Shown here one piece after another: positions 1 through 9,574 of a stretch of DNA of 64,000 nt. The stretch lies in NCBI GenBank assembly GCA_016788295.1, contig JAEUSY010000025.1:7832-71831 (forward strand). Direction: 5' to 3'. Source of the DNA: Flavobacteriales bacterium. Lineage in GTDB: Bacteria > Bacteroidota > Bacteroidia > Flavobacteriales_F > PHOS-HE28. Positions within the stretch are counted from its first letter, which is position 1. Each line of letters begins with the position of its first letter. The notes below the pieces were generated by a model. The model was not told the DNA's origin. It did not search any database and was given only the letters and a program-made list of their open reading frames with translations. The translations under genes were made by a program, and so were the position numbers.

Positions 1-1
1 G

Positions 2-76
2 GCGTTCCGCTACACCGGATCGGGACCCAACAGTCAAACGACCAACTACCGCATCGATGATGTGGTGATCCAATAA
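2..76 (+). CDS. 3' end of a gene entering the window; C-terminus resembles DUF5017/DUF5689-type surface protein
   Basis: Frame 2 reads AFRYTGSGPNSQTTNYRIDDVVIQ-TAA; the AFRY...IDDV ending is typical of these beta-sandwich domains. Confidence 0.5.
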   Translation, partial: AFRYTGSGPNSQTTNYRIDDVVIQ

Positions 77-107
77 GCACGATAGAACGCACTAACCCCC
101 AACGACC

Positions 108-1439
108 ATGAAACACATTACCCTGGCAGCGGTGATGCTACTTGGTGCCCTCACCTCGGGCGCACAGGTCAACATCGACAGCGAATTCAACGATTGGACC
201 GGCGCCATCCCCGACGGCTGGTTCGGCTCCAAGACCAACCTGGCGGCTTCCGGTGTGGAGCCCGTGGTTGAGGCCAATGACACCATCGGTGTGCGCCTGA
301 TCAACGCCAGCACCTCACACAAGCGCTTCAGTACTACAGCCGTTACGGTGACCAACGGCGAAGCTTATGACATCACCTTCTGGGTACGTGGACAGGGCGA
401 AATCCGTACCGGTGTGTTCGATGAGCGTTCAACGGGGTCGGGCTATTCACCCTACAACCCCTATGTAACGGTGAACACCACGACCTGGGAATCGCACACC
501 CAGACCGTTTCGATCGCGAACTCAAGCGCACTTGCCGAGTTCATTCTGTCGGTGAACAATACGGCAGCAACGGGTATCGAGATCGATCGCGTGACGATCG
601 CCATTGGAACGGTGGACCCACCCACTGCTGCGACCATCGCCGAGATCCAGGAAAGCACCGCTCCTGATGGCGCCTCGCCACTTGTTGGCACCGTGGTGGC
701 CACTCAAGGCGTTGTATCCGGCCTCAATGGCACCAGCGGTTTCTTCCTACAGGACGGCACCGGCCCATGGAGCGGCATTTATGTTTTCAACGCTCCCGGC
801 ACCCTGGCCATCGGCGATGCGATCACCCTTACCGGCACCGTGGCCGAGTTCAACGGCCAGACCCAGCTCACCGGTCTTGCGAGCCTGAACGTGGTGAGCA
901 GCGGCAATGCGCTGCCGGCAACACCCATCAGCACTTCTGCCGGCAACACCGAGCCCTACGAGAGCGTGCTTGCCGTGGTGGCCCCTGCCACCTGCACGGC
1001 CCAAGGCTCCTTCGGCCAGTTCACGGTGAACGATGGTGGTGGTGCGCTTCTCGTGGATGATGTGATCTACGCCCACCCCTTCGTGGTGGGCACCACCTAT
1101 AGCATTACGGGTATTGTTCAGTTCGCTTTCAACGAGTGGCGTCTCCTGCCCCGCTTTGCCGCTGATGTGCAGTTGTTCAACAGCGTTGCCGATCTGAGCA
1201 GCACCGTATTGCGCAGCTACCCCAACCCGGCCACCGACCTTTTCACCATTGAGCTTCAGCGTTCGGTAACGCGTGCCGAACTGCGCATGATCGACGCCAA
1301 CGGGCGCTTGGTGCGTAGCGAGCTCCTGACCGGCGACCGTGCCATTGTGGACATGAGCAGCATTGCCGAAGGCCTCTACACCCTTAGCCTCATCTCCGGC
1401 AATAGTGCCGAGCATGTGCGTGTGATGGTGCAGCACTGA
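108..1439 (+). CDS. T9SS type-A CTD protein with an N-terminal CBM-like beta-sandwich and YhcR/ExeM-like OB-fold domains
   Basis: Signal peptide followed by Gln; TIAEIQ...SPLVG...GFFLQDG.GPWSGIYVF...GTVAEFNGQTQL OB-fold signature; CTD YPNPA...GLY. Confidence 0.8.
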   Translation: MKHITLAAVMLLGALTSGAQVNIDSEFNDWTGAIPDGWFGSKTNLAASGVEPVVEANDTIGVRLINASTSHKRFSTTAVTVTNGEAYDITFWVRGQGEIRTGVFDERSTGSGYSPYNPYVTVNTTTWESHTQTVSIANSSALAEFILSVNNTAATGIEIDRVTIAIGTVDPPTAATIAEIQESTAPDGASPLVGTVVATQGVVSGLNGTSGFFLQDGTGPWSGIYVFNAPGTLAIGDAITLTGTVAEFNGQTQLTGLASLNVVSSGNALPATPISTSAGNTEPYESVLAVVAPATCTAQGSFGQFTVNDGGGALLVDDVIYAHPFVVGTTYSITGIVQFAFNEWRLLPRFAADVQLFNSVADLSSTVLRSYPNPATDLFTIELQRSVTRAELRMIDANGRLVRSELLTGDRAIVDMSSIAEGLYTLSLISGNSAEHVRVMVQH

Positions 1440-1451
1440 TCGAAGCAACTC

Positions 1452-1494
1452 AAGAGAAAGCCCCACTTCGATGTTCGAAGTGGGGCTTTCTCTT
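1452..1494. terminator. Bidirectional intrinsic terminator
   Basis: Perfect 20-bp inverted repeat AAGAGAAAGCCCCACTTCGA-tgt-TCGAAGTGGGGCTTTCTCTT between convergent genes. Confidence 0.9.
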
Positions 1495-1508
1495 TGGCCA
1501 AACCGACA

Positions 1509-2564
1509 CTACTTGTTAGCGTCCCGCACAAGGATCAGGAAAACAGGAAAGTGGTCGCTGTATCCAGCTTGATAGGTATCACCGACGAACGTGCGCAAGG
1601 GATACCCGGCATAGTTGCCTTCATCCTGCCGCAGATAGGGTTCGTTGAAAATGCGGACGCCGTAGTACCGGTAACGACCTCCCTCGCCTGTGAGCAAAGC
1701 ATGATTGACCACGATCTGGTCGAACAGGTTCCACGAATCGCTCCAGGCCAGCGTACCCACACCCCTGCGGTAAGGGTCGCTCATTGGATTGTACATCACC
1801 GGACCGGCCACCTTTGTTTTATCGCCGGTAGCGTTCAAATAGCGGGTCAAGCTGACGTTCTTGGGATCGTCGTTCAGGTCGCCCATGTATAGCACCCGAT
1901 GATCGGGGTTCCGTGCAAGCAATGAATCGATGATGTGACGGCCCAGCTCGGCGGCAGCTTTACGGTTGGGCTCTGAGCGCTTCTCTCCTCCGCGACGGGA
2001 GGGCCAGTGGGCCACGATCACGTGCGTTGTGTCGCCATCGAGCACACCGCTCACGAGCAATTGGTCGCGGGTGCGGAAGGCCGTATCGGCCATGTGCAGG
2101 CGGTAGCTCTTGTGCGCGTACACCTTGTACAAGGCAGGGTTGTACATCAAGGCCACATCAACACCCCTCCTATCGGGTCCATCCACATGCACCACCTTGT
2201 AGCCACGGTCCTTCAAGGGCTTGCGCTTGGCCAGGTCCTCAACTACGGACCGGTTCTCCACCTCGGCCAAGCCCAGTATGGCCAACCCTTGTGGGTGCAG
2301 GTCCTTGCCCATGGCAGCAATAACACCCGCCAGCCGCTCCTGCTTCGCATTATAGCGCTCCGTACCCCATTGCTTGGCCGAACCGGGCAGGTATTCGGCA
2401 TCGTCAACGCCGGGCGCGTCCAAGGTGTCGTAGAGGTTTTCCACGTTGTAGAACCCCACCAAGGCAGGCACCATTTCCTGCTTCACCTGGGCAATCCCCA
2501 ATAAGGGTAAGGTCAGCAGGCCAACGAATAGGCCGGAACGACGGGGGGGGAAAGTGCTTCGCAT
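1509..2564 (-). CDS. Secreted endonuclease/exonuclease/phosphatase (EEP) family protein
   Basis: FYNVENLYD, GLAEVEN, HWPSRRGG, MGDLND, FDQI, GYSDHFPV motifs; signal peptide. Confidence 0.92.
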   Translation of the reverse strand: MRSTFPPRRSGLFVGLLTLPLLGIAQVKQEMVPALVGFYNVENLYDTLDAPGVDDAEYLPGSAKQWGTERYNAKQERLAGVIAAMGKDLHPQGLAILGLAEVENRSVVEDLAKRKPLKDRGYKVVHVDGPDRRGVDVALMYNPALYKVYAHKSYRLHMADTAFRTRDQLLVSGVLDGDTTHVIVAHWPSRRGGEKRSEPNRKAAAELGRHIIDSLLARNPDHRVLYMGDLNDDPKNVSLTRYLNATGDKTKVAGPVMYNPMSDPYRRGVGTLAWSDSWNLFDQIVVNHALLTGEGGRYRYYGVRIFNEPYLRQDEGNYAGYPLRTFVGDTYQAGYSDHFPVFLILVRDANK

Positions 2565-2638
2565 CGTGGGCCAAATTAGCCGTTCAGTGTAGTGCTTGTG
2601 TTATGGACGTTCGCGATCAAGTCCGGCTCATCCCGCGT

Positions 2639-3277
2639 TCACCTAGGGAACCGCAAGGGGTGGAGCTGGTTATAGGAACGCAGGAACCGGAAGAGCAACT
2701 CGGGGCTGTTGCGCTGTTTCTTGGAAAAGGACATGAACTCCTCCAACAGCACCGGATCGCTGGCCAGTGCCTTTTCCATGCCCGCTGCATCAAAGGGCTG
2801 TATGGTACCTGCGGCCACATCGATGAGCTGCTGTTGGAGAATGGTCCTCATGGTGGTGCCGTAGCCGTACATATAAGGGTCCCAGTCGCAGTAGCTCTGC
2901 TCGTAGACCAGGTGCGACAGGCTGCCCATGAGCCCGATCCGGTAGAAGCCATCGCCGGCACGCACATACACCACATCGTTCTGGCAGAAACCCCAAATGC
3001 GCTTGGGGTCGATGGTCTGTCGAGCGCCTGTATCGGGCTGAAAGGTCAGCCTGCCCAACGATGTGCGGATATCGACCACCGGGCGGCCCTGTTGGTCCTG
3101 CAGGTCTTCAATGGGTACTGCAGGTCTGTTGGAACGGAAGTCCTGCATGTTCGCATAAACGCCGTCGCGCAGGTCCATGCCGGCCGACCAGGTCACCCAC
3201 GTGGAGTCATCCTGGGCCCATGCCTTGCAGGACAGGAGCAGCATTCCGATGAGCAGCAGGCGGAACCTCATGTTCAT
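2639..3277 (-). CDS. Hypothetical exported protein
   Basis: Signal peptide ending AWA-Q; ATGA overlap with upstream hydrolase. Confidence 0.75.
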   Translation of the reverse strand: MNMRFRLLLIGMLLLSCKAWAQDDSTWVTWSAGMDLRDGVYANMQDFRSNRPAVPIEDLQDQQGRPVVDIRTSLGRLTFQPDTGARQTIDPKRIWGFCQNDVVYVRAGDGFYRIGLMGSLSHLVYEQSYCDWDPYMYGYGTTMRTILQQQLIDVAAGTIQPFDAAGMEKALASDPVLLEEFMSFSKKQRNSPELLFRFLRSYNQLHPLRFPR

Positions 3278-4065
3278 TGGGCGACGGCACGTATCATGCC
3301 GATCACTTCATCGGGCGCTTGGGCATGCACCCAATGTCCGGCATAGGGCACCGTTTCCACCCGTGCATTGGGGAACTGCTCCTTGATGGCCGGGATGTCC
3401 TCACGCAGGATGTAGTCGCTCTGCCCGCCACGGATGAACAGCGTGGGAACGCGAACGATCTCCGGTCCGATGGACGCCAGGATCGCATCGAGGTCGCGCG
3501 CCAGCAGGGGCGCGTTCACACGCCAGGCCAGCTCATCCTCCGTGCGCCAATAAAGGTTCTTCATCAGGAACTGCACAACGCCCGGCTCCTTTACCTGCGC
3601 CGAGATGTGCGCCTCCACGTCCTTGCGTGTGCGGCCTTTCGACAGGTCGGCAGTGAGCAGGGCATCAATGATGTGGCCGTGGTTGTTGGCATGCTCCTTC
3701 GGGCTGATATCAATGACCACCAGGTGTTTCACCAACTGCGGCCAATATTGAGCGAACACCATGGCCGCCTTACCGCCCATGCTGTGTCCCACCAGAATGA
3801 TGTCCCGGAGGCCCAATCGTTCCGTGAGGGCATGCACATCGGCGGCCATCAGGTCGTACGATGTGGCTTCGGTATGCGGCGAACGTCCGTGATCGCGGAG
3901 ATCCACGAGGATCACATCGAAGGCCGGCCGACCAGCTTCGGATGGCTCGCACAGTTCGCGACCGATGCTTCCCCAGTTGTCCGACGTGCCGAACAGGCCG
4001 TGAAGCACAACAATGGGCGTAGCCCCCTCCGGCCCAAGACGGCGGTAATGAAGATCAACGGTCAT
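3274..4065 (-). CDS. Alpha/beta hydrolase (YbfF-like esterase)
   Basis: [20 protein letters not shown] nucleophile elbow, AGHWVHA. Confidence 0.92.
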   Translation of the reverse strand: MTVDLHYRRLGPEGATPIVVLHGLFGTSDNWGSIGRELCEPSEAGRPAFDVILVDLRDHGRSPHTEATSYDLMAADVHALTERLGLRDIILVGHSMGGKAAMVFAQYWPQLVKHLVVIDISPKEHANNHGHIIDALLTADLSKGRTRKDVEAHISAQVKEPGVVQFLMKNLYWRTEDELAWRVNAPLLARDLDAILASIGPEIVRVPTLFIRGGQSDYILREDIPAIKEQFPNARVETVPYAGHWVHAQAPDEVIGMIRAVAQ

Positions 4066-4775
4066 CGGAGCTCCCGGAGGTAGAGTTGAACAGTGTTCTC
4101 CAGTCCATAAGTGAGTGCATCGCAGATCAGCGCGTGGCCGATGGAGACCTCGAGCAGGCCCGGCACATGGCGTTGAAAGAACCCGAGGTTATCCAGATCG
4201 AGATCATGCCCGGCATTCAGCCCCAGGCCCACTTGCAGTGCGCGTTCAGCCGCACGTACGAATGGCTCCACGGCGGCTTCCTTGTTGGCATGATATCCGG
4301 CCGCGAAAGGTTCGGTGTAGAGCTCGATACGGTCGGTCCCCGTCTCCGCCGCGTGGGCCACTTGCTCCACATCGGCGCCCATGAAGATCGACGTGCGGAT
4401 ACCCTCGGCCTTCAGGCGCCCCACCACTTCCTTCAACAGGGTCTTCTGCCCCCGCGCATCCCACCCCGAATTGCTCGTGAGCACATCGGGCGGGTCGGGC
4501 ACGAGGGTGACCTGGTGCGGCCGCACCTCCAAAACGAGCGCCATGAAGTCCTCCGATGGATAGCCCTCGATGTTGAACTCGGTGGTTAGCAGCGGGCGCA
4601 ACGCACGTACATCGTTCCTGCGGATGTGCCGTTCATCAGGCCGGGGGTGTACCGTAATACCCTGGGCACCGAACCGTTCAATGTCCAAGGCCGTTCTCAC
4701 CACATCGGGATTGTTACCCCCGCGTGCGTTCCGCAAGGTGGCCAGCTTGTTGATGTTGACGCTAAGTCGTGTCAC
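4062..4775 (-). CDS. pdxJ: Pyridoxine 5'-phosphate synthase
   Basis: [43 protein letters not shown]; probable GTG start at 4775 within the longer ORF. Confidence 0.96.
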   Translation of the reverse strand: MTRLSVNINKLATLRNARGGNNPDVVRTALDIERFGAQGITVHPRPDERHIRRNDVRALRPLLTTEFNIEGYPSEDFMALVLEVRPHQVTLVPDPPDVLTSNSGWDARGQKTLLKEVVGRLKAEGIRTSIFMGADVEQVAHAAETGTDRIELYTEPFAAGYHANKEAAVEPFVRAAERALQVGLGLNAGHDLDLDNLGFFQRHVPGLLEVSIGHALICDALTYGLENTVQLYLRELR

Positions 4776-4856
4776 GGGTGATGCGTTACCTTGGCCCACG
4801 GGTTGCGGGGCCACAAAAGTAGGACCCAACACCAGCGCCCACGAGGCGAAGAGACC

Positions 4857-5519
4857 ATGCATGCCATCGACCTGATCACCCCGGACATTCCGCCCCTGCG
4901 CCCACAGGACGACGTTTCGCGCGCCTTGGACTGGATGGAGGAATTCAAAGTGGGGCACCTGCCCGTGGTGGAAGGCCGGCGCTTGGTGGGCATGGTGAAG
5001 GACAGCGATCTGGTGGACCGCAATGATCCGCGCGCTGCAATTGGCGCCGTGATGGACCAAGTGGAGGTGCCCTTCGCCAAAGGCGGCCAACACATCTACG
5101 AAGTGATGAAGCTCTTCAGCGAGCGCGGCCTCACCGTGGTGCCCGTGGTGAGCGACATGGGCGAATACCTCGGCGCCATAACGGAACACGAGGCCCTGCG
5201 CCGCCTGGCCCAGGTGACGAACATCAGCGACCCCGGGAGCATCGTGGTCCTTGAGATGAACCAGGTGGATTACAGCCTTCAACAGATCGCGCGCATCGTG
5301 GAGGGCAACGACGCCAAAGTGCTGAGCGTTTACGGCCACACCCTGCCCGGTTCCACCCGCATGGAGATCACGCTGAAGATCAATCGGGAGGATATCAGTG
5401 ACATCCTGCAGACCTTCGAGCGCTACGAGATCCAGGTGAAGACCACTTACCAGGGCTCACGCTTCCACGACGACCTCCGTGGCCGTTACGAGGAGTTGAT
5501 GCGGTTCATCAACCTATAG
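4857..5519 (+). CDS. CBS domain pair protein with C-terminal ACT-like domain (AcuB-like)
   Basis: Two CBS repeats (HLPVV..LVGMV; VVPVV..YLGAIT); [17 protein letters not shown]. Confidence 0.88.
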   Translation: MHAIDLITPDIPPLRPQDDVSRALDWMEEFKVGHLPVVEGRRLVGMVKDSDLVDRNDPRAAIGAVMDQVEVPFAKGGQHIYEVMKLFSERGLTVVPVVSDMGEYLGAITEHEALRRLAQVTNISDPGSIVVLEMNQVDYSLQQIARIVEGNDAKVLSVYGHTLPGSTRMEITLKINREDISDILQTFERYEIQVKTTYQGSRFHDDLRGRYEELMRFINL

Positions 5520-5526
5520 CGCAGGA

Positions 5527-6948
5527 ATGAGCATGTCCGTGGCCTTGCGACAGCCATGGCGCTGCACTGCCTTGTTGATCGGCATGTTGCTGTGGGCCTG
5601 TGCCCAAGGTCAGGACGCCGTGCCAGGCCCCTACCTGCGCATCACGGGTATCGACATCACCGGCAACCGGGTCACCAAGGAACGGATCATCCTGCGCGAA
5701 CTGCTGATGAACGAGGGCGACAGTATGCCGGCCTCGTTATTCTATGAGCGCTTGGAGCGCAGCCGGCAGAACCTGGTGAACACCGGTCTCTTCAACACGG
5801 TATCGGTGGCGCCATTGTTCATTGACATGCGCACTGTGGTTGTGCAGGTCGCTGTGAACGAGCGGTGGTACCTGTGGCCCGCGCTGATCTTCGATCTGGC
5901 CGACCCCAACTTCAACACATGGTGGCGCACCAAAGACCTCAGCCGTGTGAACTATGGCGCCTACCTGTACCGTTACAACTTCCGAGGACGCAACGAAACG
6001 ATCTACGTGAAGGCACAGTTCGGGTACACCCAGCAGTTCGCGCTGCGTTACAAAGTGCCCAACCTGGACAAGCAGCAACGCTGGGGCCTCAGTATTGGCG
6101 GGGGCTACCTGCAGCAGGCGGAGATAACGGCAGGCACGGTGGGCAACGAACGCATTCTGCTATCGCGACCCGACGGGCCCAACCGCACCGAGTGGAAAGC
6201 GGACCTCGAAGTGAGCCTGCGGCGCAGGCATGATGTGCGGCACTTCGGACGGTTCGGCTACGTGCAGGCCCATGTAACGGATACCGTGGTGAACACGGCA
6301 CTTGACTACTTCGATGGCAGCGCCACCAATACCCGCTTCCTGACCCTTGGCTACGGCATTACCTGGGACCGACGCGATGTGCGCATCTATCCCCGCAAGG
6401 GCCACTACGCCGAACTGCGGGTGGACCGCTTTGGCCTGGGCCTACTGGACGAGGCAGCCCCGGACATCACCACGGCCTATGCCAGCGTGAAGCGGTGGTG
6501 GCAACCTGCCGAACGCATCACGCTCGGCCTCTCGTTGCGGGGCAAATACACCGATGGCACACCACCCTACTACGTGCAACAGGGACTGGGCTATTCGGAC
6601 CTGGTGCGGGGCTATGAGTACTACGTGGTGGATGGAGAGCATTACGCCCTGGGCAAGGCCAATTTCATCTACCAACTGGTGCGCCCCACCACCCGGCGCA
6701 TGGAGGCGGTGCCCATGGAGGCCTTCCGCACCCTGTACTTCGCCGTTTACCTCAACGCTTTCACCGATGTGGGCCGCGTTTGGGACAACCGCTATGCACA
6801 AGAGAACTTCCTGGCCGGGCAATGGATGAGCGGGTACGGCATCGGACTGGACGTGGTAAGCAGCTATGACCAGGTGATCCGAGGCGAGTTCACGCTGAAC
6901 GCACTTGGCGAGAGCGGTTTCTTCCTACATTTCACACAACCCTTCTGA
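5527..6948 (+). CDS. Omp85/BamA-TamA family outer-membrane protein with a single POTRA domain
   Basis: ITGNRVTKERIILREL POTRA, VRGYE motif, terminal Phe. Confidence 0.82.
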   Translation: MSMSVALRQPWRCTALLIGMLLWACAQGQDAVPGPYLRITGIDITGNRVTKERIILRELLMNEGDSMPASLFYERLERSRQNLVNTGLFNTVSVAPLFIDMRTVVVQVAVNERWYLWPALIFDLADPNFNTWWRTKDLSRVNYGAYLYRYNFRGRNETIYVKAQFGYTQQFALRYKVPNLDKQQRWGLSIGGGYLQQAEITAGTVGNERILLSRPDGPNRTEWKADLEVSLRRRHDVRHFGRFGYVQAHVTDTVVNTALDYFDGSATNTRFLTLGYGITWDRRDVRIYPRKGHYAELRVDRFGLGLLDEAAPDITTAYASVKRWWQPAERITLGLSLRGKYTDGTPPYYVQQGLGYSDLVRGYEYYVVDGEHYALGKANFIYQLVRPTTRRMEAVPMEAFRTLYFAVYLNAFTDVGRVWDNRYAQENFLAGQWMSGYGIGLDVVSSYDQVIRGEFTLNALGESGFFLHFTQPF

Positions 6949-6952
6949 ACCC

Positions 6953-7843
6953 ATGCGCATAGGCGTACACGGGCGTTCCATGGACCCGGCCCTTACCCCA
7001 ACGGTGGTGCTGGTGCTCGGGCGCATGCTCAACCACGGCCTGGAGCCCTGCTTGACCCCTCAATTGGCCGAATGGCTTCAGGAACATGGGGAAAGCAGCC
7101 CCTACCCCGTGCTGAGCGATGCGTTGTCAGCAGCTGATGACCTGGACCTGGTCATCGGTCTGGGCGGCGACGGCACCCTGCTCGACGCAGTGGCACTGGT
7201 GGGCAGGCTGCAGATCCCTGTGCTGGGCATCAACCTGGGCAGATTGGGCTTCCTTTCGAACGTGCGCCTGGAGGAACTGGAACAGGCCCTGGCCGCTGTG
7301 AGCGCACGCCGCTACGCCCTACAGGACCGCTCGCTGCTGGAAGTGACCGACCACGCCGACCAACTGGGCATACACAACTTCGCACTGAACGAGGTAAGCG
7401 TGCACAAGCGGGACAGTTCGTCCATGATCGCGGTGCGTGTGCACCTCGGCAACGACTACCTGAACACCTACTGGGCCGACGGCCTGATCATTGCCACCCC
7501 GACGGGCTCCACCGCCTATTCGCTCAGCTGTGGTGGGCCGGTGCTATACCCAACGAGCGACGCCCTGGTCATCAACCCCATCTCTCCGCACAACCTCAAC
7601 GTACGCCCCTTCGTGGTGCCGGACCACTACACCATTCGGTTGGAACTGGAGGCGCGGCGGGACAAATGCCTGCTGAACCTCGACTCGCGCAACATCACCA
7701 TCGAAGGGCACAGCACAGTGACCATCCGGAGGGCCCCGTTCACGGCGAAATTGGCCTTGTTGGACGGCCACGACTTCCTGGATACACTGCGGACCAAGCT
7801 CAACTGGGGATTGGACCTCCGAAGCGGCTCGGCCGGACACTGA
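6953..7843 (+). CDS. nadK: NAD kinase
   Basis: GGDGT, GINLGRLGFL, ALNE, DGLIIATPTGSTAYSLSCGG. Confidence 0.95.
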   Translation: MRIGVHGRSMDPALTPTVVLVLGRMLNHGLEPCLTPQLAEWLQEHGESSPYPVLSDALSAADDLDLVIGLGGDGTLLDAVALVGRLQIPVLGINLGRLGFLSNVRLEELEQALAAVSARRYALQDRSLLEVTDHADQLGIHNFALNEVSVHKRDSSSMIAVRVHLGNDYLNTYWADGLIIATPTGSTAYSLSCGGPVLYPTSDALVINPISPHNLNVRPFVVPDHYTIRLELEARRDKCLLNLDSRNITIEGHSTVTIRRAPFTAKLALLDGHDFLDTLRTKLNWGLDLRSGSAGH

Positions 7844-7923
7844 CCGAACCACCCCCAAAGCGTATTTTCGGCCCCGCAAGCCGGGGGGCATACCATGTCC
7901 TTTCCCGGCGCGTTGTGCACCCG

Positions 7924-8775
7924 ATGAACCGCTCCCTCCTGATCGCATTGCTGGGACTCGCCCTTGGCGGAAGCCTGAAAGCGCAGGTGAACGAGCTTGG
8001 GCTGACGATCGGCGGCACTTACTACCTCGGCGACCTCAACCCCACCCGCCACTTCCCCCGGGATACCAAATTGGCCGGCGGTATCATCTTCAGGCACAAC
8101 ATCACCGACCGCTGGGCGCTGCGACTTCAGGGCCTGTATGGTACCCTGCAGGCCTACGACAGTGATTCGAAGGACACCCTGCAACTCATCCGCGACCTCC
8201 ATTTCCGTTCGCGCCTGTTCGAAGCATCTCTGCTCTTTGAAGTGAACTTCTTCAAGTATCGCTCCAAGGACAAGGACAGCCGCCGGTGGACACCCTTCGT
8301 CTTCGGGGGGCTCTGTTATTTCCGGGCCAACCCCCAAGCCCAATTGGACGATACTTGGTACGAATTGCAGCCTTTGGGTACCGAAGGCCAGGGCACCACG
8401 GCCCGACCAGGAAGCGAAACCTACAAAGTGGACCAGATCGGTGTTCCGTTCGGGGCCGGGTTCAAATTCAACCTTGGCAAGGTGGACGTGCAATTGGAAT
8501 GGGGCATGCGCCGCACGGGCACCGACTACATCGATGATGTGAGCGGAACCTATGTGGACAACGACCTTCTGGCCTTCGAGAACGGACCGCTCGCTGCCCA
8601 ACTTGCCGACCCGTCCGGTATCGACGAAATTCCAGGCCTGACCAATACGGACCGTGCCCGCGGCAACAGCAATACCCGCGACTGGTACAACTACACGGGC
8701 TTCACCATCACCTACGTCATCAGCCGTTTCTCCGATTGCGAGGAACAATACAACTGGATGCGCCGCAAGCGCTGA
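7924..8775 (+). CDS. porG: DUF6089/PorG-like outer-membrane beta-barrel
   Basis: YYLGDLNP, LGTEGQG, TDYIDDVS, RGN...DWY motifs; position upstream of uppS-bamA-skp. Confidence 0.7.
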   Translation: MNRSLLIALLGLALGGSLKAQVNELGLTIGGTYYLGDLNPTRHFPRDTKLAGGIIFRHNITDRWALRLQGLYGTLQAYDSDSKDTLQLIRDLHFRSRLFEASLLFEVNFFKYRSKDKDSRRWTPFVFGGLCYFRANPQAQLDDTWYELQPLGTEGQGTTARPGSETYKVDQIGVPFGAGFKFNLGKVDVQLEWGMRRTGTDYIDDVSGTYVDNDLLAFENGPLAAQLADPSGIDEIPGLTNTDRARGNSNTRDWYNYTGFTITYVISRFSDCEEQYNWMRRKR

Positions 8776-8803
8776 CGGTGGTTTTTGGCAACTTTGCGAT
8801 CCT

Positions 8804-9574
8804 TTGGACCAAGAGACAGCACGGACGGAAGATTTGCGCGGACGCATTGATGCGGGCCGGGTACCCCAGCACGTGGCCATCATCATGGACGGCAACGGCA
8901 GGTGGGCCAAGCAACACGGCGAAGAGCGCATTGTGGGCCATATGAATGGCGTTCGCGGCGTTCGCGAAGCCCTCACCGGAGCCACTGAGATCGGCGTGCG
9001 CTATCTCACCCTGTACGCTTTCAGCACCGAGAACTGGAACCGCCCCCAGCCCGAAGTGAACGCCCTCATGGACCTATTGGTTCGCACAGTGGTGAACGAA
9101 CTGGATGAACTGCATCAGAACGCCGTTCGTTTGCGTGCCATTGGCGACCTGGAGAGCCTGCCTGCCAGTTGCCGCGAGACCTTGAACGATGCCATCGCCC
9201 GCACGGCAGGGAACGACCGCATTACCCTGACCCTGGCCCTTAGCTACAGTGCCCGCTGGGAGCTGGTGCAGGCCGCACAACGCATCGGGCAGGCCGTGAA
9301 GGAAGGTCGGATCGACCCAAAGGACATCAACGAGCAGGCGTTCGAGGCGCAGCTGGCCACCCACGGCATGCCCGATCCCGAGCTATTGATCCGCACCAGC
9401 GGCGAGCAACGCATCAGTAATTTCCTCTTGTGGCAGATCGCCTACGCCGAACTGTGGTTCACCCCCACGCTCTGGCCTGACTTCCGCAAGGACCACCTCT
9501 TTCAAGCCGTGCTCGATTACCAGAACCGCGAGCGCCGGTTCGGCCTGATCAGCGAACAGGTCACCCCTTCGTGA
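8804..9574 (+). CDS. uppS: Undecaprenyl diphosphate synthase
   Basis: HVAIIMDGNGRWA, YAFSTENWNRP, IRTSGEQRISNFLLWQ; start (TTG at 8804) uncertain. Confidence 0.95.
   Translation: MDQETARTEDLRGRIDAGRVPQHVAIIMDGNGRWAKQHGEERIVGHMNGVRGVREALTGATEIGVRYLTLYAFSTENWNRPQPEVNALMDLLVRTVVNELDELHQNAVRLRAIGDLESLPASCRETLNDAIARTAGNDRITLTLALSYSARWELVQAAQRIGQAVKEGRIDPKDINEQAFEAQLATHGMPDPELLIRTSGEQRISNFLLWQIAYAELWFTPTLWPDFRKDHLFQAVLDYQNRERRFGLISEQVTPS

Noticed and set aside
4776-5339. N-terminal extension of PdxJ, and similar extensions on frr, rplM, uppS, fkbM and the giant gene
   Set aside because: Artefacts of longest-ORF calling; they overlap opposite-strand genes or promoter boxes
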